NCBI GenBank assembly: GCA_951406725.2
Contig: OX597823.1
Span: 65,968,001 to 66,032,000 of the forward strand
Direction: 5' to 3'
DNA: 64,000 bases
Origin: Octopus vulgaris
Lineage: Eukaryota
How positions within the stretch are numbered: position 1 is the first letter of the stretch; each line of letters starts with the position of its first letter. The notes beneath the pieces were generated by a model. It was given only the letters and a program-made list of their open reading frames with translations, was not told the origin of the DNA and did no database searches. A program made the position numbers and the translations under genes. Of this stretch, positions 52,590 through 64,000 are shown piece after piece.

Positions 52590-55500
52590 GTGATAACAAT
52601 AACAACAACAACAACAACAACAGCAGCAACAATAACATGTTCTGATGCAGTACCAAACAGTGGTTCTCATGGCTTGAAGTGCACTCTTATCTGAATGGAA
52701 TTGTTATCATGTATATTTCTCGTCTTCGTATAAAATATCGGCTGCAGCATATATTCTGCTCAATACCACTGATTTGCTTGTCGATTCCCCCACTTTAACT
52801 AGTTTTAAAATGTTTGTGATGCATGTGTCTTGTGTACAATTATCAGTCAAGTAGCCATGACTTTTATATTGGGCTTCATATATTTTCTACCTCAGTGTTA
52901 CTTTCATGGCATGCTAATAACAAAAGATCGCTTATTTAATCTTCAAATGCACATAACAGTAATATATTTCGTTCATTTGAATGACATCGTAACATTATTA
53001 ATGTTTCATAATTAATTCACCTCGAGCACATACCATTTCATTATATATTATACCTGCAGGAATCTGAACCGGACTACAGTCTGCTTTATTTTACCGAATG
53101 TGTAAATGCATTACGTAATTTAATATTCTATAATGGATCATTTATAATTCAGTACAAAGCGTAATAAATTTTTGTTAGTTTGACTCCGAGGTAAAGAGAA
53201 AAGATTTGAAATTAAAACTAAATCCGTAAAGACAATATTGATTCATGTGTAAATTATAAAATTTCTAAGTATTCCCTCAGATTTTATTTTCTACACAATC
53301 TCTTCACAAAAATATCACGTTCAGATTAATAATAGTTCTTCACATTAAGACAATCGTAAATAACCTGCTCTAAATTAGGCTATTAAATTCTTTCAGGCTT
53401 TCATTTACAGTTATACATACATTAGGTGGTAAGGTATTTTATTGTTCAATGGTAAATATATAAAAAATGTAATGAAATATAAAATATAAAAATGTACTGA
53501 GATTACGCGAATGTGAGTATAATTTTGCAATCAAATGTCGTAGATGATTTAAATTGCACACATTGATCGAATAACATTTCCTCCAAAGTACATTTTTCTG
53601 TTCCTCATTGCAAGCAATTATTGGGTCATAAGCAGAATTAACATGCCGATACTGAGTTCAAGACGAAAGAGTCATGGTTATCCGACATCCACTGAAGTCA
53701 AAAGTTATTTACAAAGATGACGCGATTGACGATGGGATCGACGTTCACAGATAAATGAAGTTTAAGAAAAAGAATAGTGGAACACATCAACTGCAGCAAC
53801 AGCCGTTCAAGAATTTGGACCTGGAGATCTCCATTTCCAGTAACTTCGAGGGCCACCTCCCAGTGGTGTCGGGCGTCAACGAAGAGCCCACGACAACAAC
53901 AAAACGTCCAAAGTTTTATTTCCAATGTCTGGGGTCTCCCGCCCCTAAGCCCTTAGACCATCACCTAATCACCCTTTCCCGTGTTGTTGCTTAACAACTA
54001 CAACAACAACAACAGCAACAGGCACGAAGTGACAAGTGAACGAATAGATTTTCGCGAGCAGACGAATCAGAATCTGTGAGATTTATGTGGATCTGGACTG
54101 TGATACAACGTATTGCACCAGATGATGGGAGACTGTCTTTACCGAAAACTGTATAAGAAGTGCCTCCTCGGCAGATGAGACAAATGAACACATGTGATCT
54201 CATGATCTGGAAAAAAGATTCAGTTTGTGGAACTGTGTTCCACCATTTTTCAAATGCTTAAGCCATTCAGAAGCCAGTGACCGGCACAGTGACAGATCTT
54301 TTGGTTATCATGGCTGTCATTCTCTTTCATTTCCGGGAGAGTAGCTGTACCGTGGAAAGATAACTAGTGCACCTGAGTGGTGGGGTTTCAATACATTTCC
54401 AATAATATGCCCAACACGATTGCCTCTGTTATTCTGAACAAACTAGCATAAGCCATGATTCACCAAAATCTGTCCAGATTCCCCCTCACAATTATTATAA
54501 ACGTCACATGGGCTTGCACCAAATACTTGGTCCTCTTCCACCCTTCTTCACAACCACAACGCTCTAGATCTCTCCTTGCCTACGCTCCTGTAGTCACAGA
54601 CTTACAGATATTCAAATAGAACATTAAGATCATTGATGTGACTAGTTATTTCCGTCAACGATTATTTCAATTTCCTTTGCGGGTACCTGTAACAACTTTC
54701 ATTGTTCAAAATGCCTTATAGAACAGAACTTTCGAAATATGATAATTACATCTCAACCAAGTTCTAGCATTTATAAAGGAAAATATAATAGCTGGTAAAT
54801 TTAATCTTGTGCATTTTATTTTTTAGCATGTAGCTATATCAACTTTTCACATCAGAGAATATGTTAAAGGGGAACTCTATAGAACACTTCAACTCCAGAA
54901 GAAAATCTGAATGTTTAGACTTGGTGAAAATATCTCCTAGTCTCATACACCAGCATATCACGTGATGTTTCTTTAAAATCATATGCAGAAACTCAGAAAC
55001 ATCTGCTCACACCAGTTGCGCAGTTTTGTCCTGAATGACAGAACATTTCAATCCGAGTGATCAGCTACATATTTGACTATTAGAACCAATTATTGACACT
55101 GAGTGCTACGTAAGGAATAAGAAAAGTTTACACATAAAGGTATCGTTCACTTACGCCACTAACGATTGTCTGAAAATGAGTAGCATTCGAAACTGCAAAA
55201 CATATCTTATAAGTTAATACCACATACAATGCCTCAACGAGGTTACATAAGTTGGTGTTCCTTTTGACGTTTGACAAGGAGCAATTTTCCTATAATTCGG
55301 CGAAAGGCTATAAGAATACTTAGCGTAGGTATTTATATTGAACTGCATTAGCTTATAGAATAAAGGGCAACGATCAAAGAGAAAAGGCAAACCAATTTTG
55401 GCAAAGCCAAAATTGCAACTCTTAAAAAACTTATCCTTTTATACATTAGAAAGACTGAAAATATTTATTTGTTTAAAGGGGTGTGCATGTGATGGTGGCA

Positions 55501-57257
55501 AATATTGTACTTGCAGTAGAAATGAGATGATGCCATATCAATTTCTGAAGAACACTAACTCAATATACACACCAATCCATATTCTAATTTCGTGTTGCTC
55601 ACTAAACCTGGAGATTTAATATTGTTCGCTGAAAATAGAAATAACTGTATAAACATTAAAAGTTTACTAATTTTGTTGAATGCTAGAATATATTTAATAT
55701 CAGACACTCGAATATCACTTCTCCCGCCTTTCTCTGATGTGAAAGTGACATAATGATCCCATTAGGAACCAAAATTAATATTGCAAACGATGTGCTATGG
55801 CAGTCGTCTAATTAAAATTGGAGATGTTACTAAAATCAATGCTAGCTTAATTTCACGGACTACATGTTTTCGTAATAAGGAAGACAGCACTTAATCAGCA
55901 TTCTCGGATATAGAAAATTGTTTTAGTGTTTACTTTTGTATTTGAATGAACATGTGTACTTCGAGACACGAGGAATGTTTAATAATACAGATTATTTATC
56001 GATAATAGAAATGATGGATCCAAAATTCCGCGAGGTCACCAGAATTTAAACAAAATATACATCTTTCATAAATACCTAAACATTTGTTGATAAGCAGACC
56101 AGCAATGAATAATCTCTAAAAAGGAAGCTGTCCTCTTTTACCATGATTAGAAATACTATCCCCAAATATCGTTCTTCAATACACTTTATTAAACTTTTAG
56201 TCAGATGAATGGGTGCAGCACATGTGGGTCTCCGACATTGATAACAGAAAGGTAGGTGGTTTCTATGACAGCGGATAAAGTATGAATGGATGTTGCAAAG
56301 CTGACACCTCTTAAATCACTATGGGCCTAAGGTTGGAGATAAACTGAGCAACGGATTACGTCTGGCACTCAAGATGCTTATAGTGATAAATTAAACTATG
56401 TTGAATATCATATCTAAAGCTAGATGAATTACGCTGTTTGTTGATATTTCGATTATGATTGGGCTTTATTTTCCCCGATACGTAAGGAGCACTTTTACAT
56501 TCGAAAGCATATTTGACAATCTATAGATTTAAATATTTGAACATAGACTGTAATGAACAAGAGGCTATTTTCAATTGATTATCTTTCTAGTGCAGGAAAA
56601 TTTCGGTCGAGTCAAAATAAACCAGTTCTGAAAATAAATATTGCTATCACATCCTTCGACACCAAGAATCCATTATACGTAAAGATATGTCCTATTTTCA
56701 ATTAATTTCCATTTAAATGGAATCAATGCATGCAGTGTTTACTTCTGAAATATGTGATTACTTATCTGTTGAAAATACTTTAATAATACTGAAAGGAAAG
56801 ATTATCCTTTAAAGTCACACTACGTATAACATTGCTCAAAATTCATTAAAAAAAGGGTATTCTTGTTCTGCGAGATATGCATTTCAGTTAAGGTGACGTG
56901 TGTTGTTGTAATGGTTCTTGTCTAGCCCTAGTTCAGCAGAAATCGGATATGCTTTTGGTCGCAGAGATTTCGCCTGAGACCATAGGATCTCAGTTTCAGA
57001 ATCATCTTATTGAATTAGATGATTCAATTTTTCAGAATGAAGACCACAACCTGCAATTTGTATTTCCTGTGTGTTCCATGAGAGATTTAGATACTACTTC
57101 TAGAGAATCTAGAATTAACTGTAAGTTATACTGACGCATGACATTGCTTATTATATCGCAGTGAATTCCTCAGAAGATGAGTAAGTGTATTGCAGAGTCA
57201 AAATACTGAGCAAAGAAAGAATAACCAATAACACATACATTAATGTGTGTGTATATA

Positions 57258-58544
57258 CGAGGGACGTTCAATAAGTAATGCCTCTGACCCACTTGCAGTT
57301 ATTTGATCTAGCTGAAATTTTGCATGTGCAAACATTTATATCTCTATAGAGTAAGTGGTAAATTACAGCTCTGAATTAATTGTGGTTTCTGATTTACAGG
57401 TGTTTGAACCGAGTCAATTGTGAAATGGAGCCTGTTGAGTGTCGAGCAGTGATCCGGATTTTGTATTTGAAAGGACGCACACCACGGGAGACTTTTGATG
57501 AAATGGAAGTAACTTATGGTGATGATGCCCATCATATGACCTTGTAAACGCTGGCATCGTGAATTCAAACATGGTCTGAACTCTGTGGAAACAGCTCCCA
57601 GATCTGGTCGCCCCCTTCTGCCATTGATGAGGCATCTGTCCGTCAAGTTGAGGCTGCCATTTTGGAAGATCGACGCATAATTATTCGCCAAATAGCCCAT
57701 GAGGTCAAGATTAGTACCGGGTCTGTGGAAACTATCATTCATGACCATTTGCATATGCAAAAGGTGTCTGCTAATGGATTCCCAGGTTGCTCACGCCTTT
57801 CCAGCAGCAAGAACGCGTCGAGTGCTCGAGGGTGAATTTGGAGATGTGCCAAGAAGATGAGTCAAACTTTTTCAAAAGACTGATTGCACAGGATGAAACC
57901 TGGGTCCATCACGATGATCCAGAGACCAAAGCCAAGTCAATGCAGTGGAAGCACCGTGACTCACCCCCTCCAAAGAAGGCAAGGGTGCAGCCCTCCGCTG
58001 GCAAGGTTTTGCTCACAGTCTTCTGGGACCAGGACGGAGTAGTGATGACATATTTCCTGGCAAAAGGTACCACAATTGAAGGAGCTTATTATGCTTCACT
58101 TTTGAGGAAATTAAGAGAAGTTATCAAAATCAAGAGGCGGAGCAAGACCAGCAAAGGCATCCTCCTCCTGCAGGACAACGCTCCGGTCCACAGCTCGCTT
58201 GTCGCCAGATCAGAAGCACAGGCGTATGGCTATGAACTCCTCCCCCATCCCCCTACTTTCCTGACCTTGCACCCTCTGATTTTCACCTCTTCCAAGTCAT
58301 GAAGTTGTTTTTGAAAGGAAAGCGTTTCCCAGATGATGCAGCCTTGATTTCTGAAGTTACGTTGAGGTTGGAGGACCAATTGGGGTCTTCTACAAAAACG
58401 GTCTGCAGAGCCACATCAAACAATGGGAGAAATGCGTAACTCTGGGTGGTTCCTATGTAGAAAAAGACTAATAACTGTGCCAAGTTTCGTTGCTCTACGG
58501 CTATGGGAAGTGGGTCAGAGGCATTACTTATTGAACACCCCTCG
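57258..58544 (+). mobile_element. Full-length mariner (DD34D) DNA transposon, 1287 bp
   Basis: 37-bp TIRs cgaggg(ac/gt)gttcaataagtaatgcctctgacccactt with 2 mismatches. TA duplication at 57256-57257 and 58545-58546. Confidence 0.95.
57425..58471 (+). pseudogene. Mariner transposase, frameshifted
   Basis: MEPVECRAVIR...; WIPR linker; AQDETWVHH; LLQDNAPVH; HPP(Y.)PDLAPSDFHLF; ends ...GGSYVEKD*. Several frameshifts. Confidence 0.9.
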
Positions 58545-58650
58545 TATATGTGTGTGTGTAAGAATTAAAATATAAACTCAAATTAGCCAATAAATCTTTT
58601 ATACATACTCATAAATTTATAATAATGAGTATGTATAAAATGTTGATTGT

Positions 58651-58985
58651 GAAGGCGCATGGCCCAGTGGTTAGAGCATCGAGCTTACGTTCTTCAGGTT
58701 GTGAATTCGATTCCCGGACTGTGTTTCGAGTTGTGTTCTTGTGCAAGACACTTTATTTCATGTTGCTCCAGTTCACTCAGCGGTAGAAATGAGTTGCGAC
58801 ATCACTGCTTCCAAGCTGTATCGGCCTTTGCCTTTCGCTTGGATAACATCAGTGGTGTGGAGAGGGGAGGTCGGTATGCATGGGCAATTAATGGCCTTCC
58901 ATAAACAATCTTGCCCGAACTTGTACCTCGGAGGGTAACTTTCTAGGTGTAACCAATGGTCATTCATGACCGAAGGGGATCCCCC
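58651..58985 (+). mobile_element. tRNA-derived SINE
   Basis: A box tggcccagtggtt, B box gaattcgattccc, then a conserved-domain-like ttgtgcaagacactttatttcatgttgctccagttcactcagc. Confidence 0.75.
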
Positions 58986-59692
58986 CATAAATTGTTGATT
59001 GCCTAATTTGAGTTTATATTTCAATTCTTATCTTTTGTCTCCGCTTCGACTCAATCACTTCCTAAACAGTTCTACATATTTAGTAAGAAAGAATAATAAG
59101 ATGCATGTATATGTGTGTGTGTCCATATACATACATATATATATATATGAGTGTATGTACATGGCAAACAAGATGCAAAAATGATATATGTACACACTGA
59201 CACACATATACACATGCATATATATATGTATATGTATAATTATCTTAAATTTGAAACCTCACTGCAATTCTTGTTAATTTCCAAATTAGTAAAACGTAAT
59301 GGGAAACTGATATTAATTTATCTCCTCCGTTCTATAATATTTTTAATGCCATATTGTGTAATGAGTAAATATCTTCACGAAAACTTTGCCTTTTCAAACA
59401 ACTATTATTTTTTTTCATTGATCAATAGTTATAATCATTTGCCCGTCATTTCTCTTTATAAGAATACTGATAATCAATCGTTATATGTCGAGCTGTCATA
59501 AAATTTTGTTTGCTTTTATTTAGAAAATAACTGTATCTTAACTTAATAACTTGCTTTCATATTGAATTATCTTGTTTGTCTCCCTAATACAAAAAGATGT
59601 ATGTGCATATATACATATGTTTGTGTGTGTGATCTGGTTCTATACAGATATATGTATATATCTATCTATACATACATATATACGTATATATA

Positions 59693-59739
<47 letters not shown>

Positions 59740-60252
59740 ACATACATATTTATATACGCATATTTATGTTACTTCAGGACAATCAATAGGAGATTAATGA
59801 AATATATATTATACATATTTCATTAATGCTCTATTGATTTGATTAAGTGCATTTCTAGAGATTCTGTGCTAAATTTCATTCCATTCTTCATGCTGACAGT
59901 CATAAGAATGGCTGTTTGTTTAATTAATTGATGTACTGAATTATAAAATGAAGCACGTTTCGCATTTTATTTTACTGTTTTTTTTTCTTCAGTCTGTTAG
60001 CCTTTTGAAAATGCTACTCAGAGACAACAGAATTTCATAGTATTTTATTGGAAAATAAGAAGAAAATATATTATTGTAGATGTATTCCTGAAAACAATCT
60101 ATTTAATTATTCAAGCACTACTTAGCTGTCACGAACATTTAAATCTGTTCGTATGTATGTATGCGTACGTGCATACATACATACATGCATACATACATAC
60201 ATACATATATACATACATACATATGGACATGCATAAATACATATATGCTGAT

Positions 60253-60293
<41 letters not shown>

Positions 60294-61160
60294 AATGTGT
60301 GTGTCTGTGTGAATATAACAACACATTAGTGAGTATTTGTGTAGAGAATGTGTTTATATCAACATATCTATGTGTACATATAATGTATGCAAGATATTAA
60401 ATATACTTATGGACATATGTCTGACGAAATATGTTTTGGAGAATGTATACTGTTAAAATTCATAAAAATATTTGTTACATCAGAGTATCAAATTTACATA
60501 TGTGAATGTCGCATATTTCCCGATGTATTTATTTTTTGTAGATTATGTTATTCTTAAGTGTATATTATATTCTACAATCATAACTGAAGATATTTATAAC
60601 ATCGTATAAATGAGTAATTTACTATAAATCGACGTAGAGAGTGCTATAACATATGAGAAAAGGAATACAGAGAGAAGTGGGTAAAGGCTGTCTCTAAAGT
60701 GCATGTTTACATGTAGAAAATATCTAAAAATAAATATTTTTGTTGATGTTTCTTACACTTAAGAATTACAGCAAACGTAAGTTCTGAAACGTTTCAGTCG
60801 ACAGAATCCCGCGTATTTCTATATCTAGGAATATATTACCAAAAATATATTCTTGCACTCTTGAGAGAGTTAGATGTTTTTTGAAGAAATTAAGCTACTT
60901 TTCTTGCCGGTTTAATTGCCGTTAAATTCTTGGCTCTATTCCTGCATGGATGATTTTTATGAATGTTTCTAAATACAAACTTGTCACACTGGCCCTATTT
61001 ACTGACAGTACGCCACAGTCTCGCTGTATGCAAATGGAACGGAATTTCAATAAAACAGTCGTATATATTTTTAACGTATATACAATGTTGCCAGGTTGAA
61101 CGCTGGAGAATTAATCTAAGAGAATATCTTCATAAACATGTTTCATTTAAAATATATATA

Positions 61161-61483
61161 TATATCAGAGTGATAAGAAAATTATCCAACCAGTGACACT
61201 AGAGAATGTCAGATATTTTCGGCTTCCTTGAGCCTTGTCAATGACGTTTACTATTTAGCCCACTTGCTTAGATGAAATCTGTCCCTTCCGGTATACAAGA
61301 AACAGTAAATGAAACTGTTACAGCGGATAGCCAATAAATGGACGAAAACTTGAGGTAGATGATTAAAACAGTAAAAATTAAAATATACACTTACTTATCA
61401 TCATTGACAAAGCCCATGGAAGCCAAAACGCATCTCACGTTCTCATGATCATTGCAGGGCGATGCTCGTCTCACTATGATATG
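61161..61483. mobile_element. Inverted-repeat cassette (~85-bp arms), each arm with a decayed hammerhead
   Basis: 61161-61245 is inverted relative to 61400-61483. The minus arm reads GTCA-TTGACAA-GGCT caagga AGCC-GAAA-ATA-TC-TGAC. Confidence 0.55.
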
Positions 61484-63555
61484 TATTGCTCTTAACAGAT
61501 CGTGATTACGAAAATACATTTTTTCCGACAAATCATATTATATCCATCAACGGTGAATATACTTAATGATGATGCATAGATAACACTTCATTCTCACGGT
61601 TTAACTATGACTGATAAATTTCAATCAATGGCTCTGATGACTCAGTAATGAACAAAACAAAACTGCAAATAATATTTCGTAGCTACCAATGGTTTCTCCT
61701 GTTGATTGTCGTCTTAAGCCATTAACATAATCAGGCTATTAAAATAATTTTATGGTGAAAGCAGTTTACGTGAACTATAATCGTCTAATTGAATTACTAC
61801 TCAATACTTCCACTAACGATTTTTGAGAGCCCTAACTACCTCATGCTCCCTTTTGTATGATCTTGCAAGATTTGCATTCACTTATGTATTAGGTACTTAT
61901 AAATACACTAGGATCTACTGAAATATTTTAACAAATAATAATATCAAAATCTTGTTTACTTGAAGAGATATATATGTGAGTGTATTCACACATGCATACA
62001 CGCACATATATACAGAGGAAAGAACACTCACACATACATATACACGCACACACACACATACAAGGAAAGAAAGGGGGAGAGAGAGAAAGACAAGGACAAT
62101 GGGACGAAGCACATAAAGATGAAGGAGAGGCTAAGAAGTTCATTTCACAATCATGATGTCCAGACTTTGATACTATTGTGTGACATCTTTCTTCTCTTTA
62201 CATAACACATTTCGAGTCACACTTTGGCAGTGGACAATGGATAGGCAGGAACTGTGAGAAATCCTCTCGACTGGAATGTATCACTAAATGAAAGAGTGAG
62301 CCCTTTGCTCACTGCGTCACGTCACCGCATTTTAGGAATATCATTATAAATCAAATCACATTATAGAAGAAATGGAGGGATGGTTTAAAGGCGCTACGAT
62401 ATTTAGTTTCATCCCCATACGGCTTGAATTTTAGGAACAGAAATGTCGAATTATCCAAATCATTGCAGTATATTATATTGTCTCTACGTTTTCTACACGT
62501 GGCCTTGTGCTAATGGACGAAATCAATAGAAATCAATAAAAGTAAAAATCAATAATCTATTCCTACTGTTAATACTCCATACTCTATCAATGTTTTATGT
62601 CTGGTTACTACTATAAATTATACACATTTGTATCCAGCGATTGATTGATTTCCAACTATGTTAAGTTTCTACAATTGAATGTTTCAACTAAGAATCCAAT
62701 TACAATATGTCCATACCTAATTTTCGCGCGCATTAAAAACATGTCAATATTATTATAAATTACAAGCCTGTCTATGTAACACAACAATATTATTAAGAAT
62801 TAACAACCTCGTTAATATTACTTTAAGAAATCATTGCATTCATTGCGAAAAATAAATTGCGAATATATCGATTGGCCTCTTCTCGTGTTTGGTCACATAA
62901 AGTCTTTTAAATCTTTCATTCAATCTGAACTTTTTAGATATTTGCAAATTTTTTTCTTAATTATAAACAATCAATAGATATTTTTACAAAAACTAAGGAT
63001 TTTTTTAATGCTTAATTTGAGGTTATGCAAAGTGATAGTTTAATTTCCGGTCGAATAATTCTGTAAAGCATGAAGTTTCTTATTTTTTATGAAGGTTGGA
63101 TCACAGTTTCGGTTCTCAATAGTGTGTCGACTAATCATATTAGTAAAGAATTTATTTTAGGTGAAATTCATGTCTAACTATCTAAAATTTCCATTTTATA
63201 CTATATTTTTATGCCTGGAGAAAATAAATTAATACATGAGTCCCTAATGCACAGAGCCCTCTCCTGTTGTCAAGCTGCAAGTAGAAAATTGGGAAACCCT
63301 ACACAAAGATCAAAAAAACAAATTTTCAGACATATATATGATTCGGTGTTTTATTCAGCAGATTTGATTTGCATTTACTATAGTTTACGGGTTATTTCCA
63401 TATCTTCTTCAGTTAGCCATCTAGACAATACTGGAGAAGGCATAAGCTTCGTTTTGCCTTACTCGTAAATTTCGTAAAGACCAAAGGGAGTGTTGCATAG
63501 TCAGTGAGGTGTATGTGATTTTTTTAACCGAGTCAGTTCAAGATCTAAAGTACCC

Positions 63556-63696
63556 ACAATCTCACTTGAAATCCTTCAAAAGTTAATTTAGTAATTCACA
63601 ATGTGGAGTCAACAAACAATACTCCAACCTACAATATCACTTGAACTCCTTCAAGCCTTAATTTAGCAATTAACAATACGGAGTCAACAAACAATA
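63556..63696 (+). repeat. Tandem duplication, 75-bp period
   Basis: acaat.tcacttgaa.tccttcaa...ttaatttag.aatt.acaat..ggagtcaacaaacaata at 63556 and 63631. Confidence 0.85.
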
Positions 63697-64000
63697 GTTT
63701 AAATGTCATAGTTCATCTGTATGATACTTGTGGTTTTAAAGGCAGGCGTTCACCTTGCATGTCTTAATCAGTAGTGTACTGAATCAACTGTTTAGTAGAG
63801 TGTATTGACAATTTTTCAGTTTATGAATGTGCACCATAACAGGAGATTAGTTTATACAGTAATACAACTCCCTCAATACACTCATTTTAATTCCAAACTT
63901 TTTACTTACAACTCGGCATGGCTCATTATGCTTTAATAAGAGTCTTTTATTAATAATTCCTATAAATAAACGGAACGACTTTTCCAACGATATAGAAACT

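Overview
AT-rich eukaryotic (animal) genomic DNA, saturated with microsatellites ((TA)n, (TG)n, (GTAT)n, (ATCT)n, (TAA)n, (CTT)n, (GTA/GCA)n) and retroposons. Composition and SINE types suggest an octopod cephalopod (inference). No host gene can be identified with confidence, and nearly all short ORFs are microsatellite artefacts. Recognisable elements: two decayed Penelope-like elements (RT + GIY-YIG); a 5'-truncated, stop-free CR1-group LINE (929 aa); an RTE LINE with an inverted 5' part; an L1/Tx1 3' end inside (ATCT)n; R4/Dong-type RLE LINE remnants next to (TAA)n; a full-length frameshifted mariner; and many tRNA-derived SINEs. The most notable signal is a set of short non-coding inverted-repeat cassettes carrying minimal type I hammerhead ribozyme motifs, one with an intact core at 10036-10118 (-). 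They look like Penelope pLTR- or retrozyme-like non-autonomous elements. There is also a locally templated 55-bp insertion flanked by a 15-bp duplication. All alignments and folds were done by eye.
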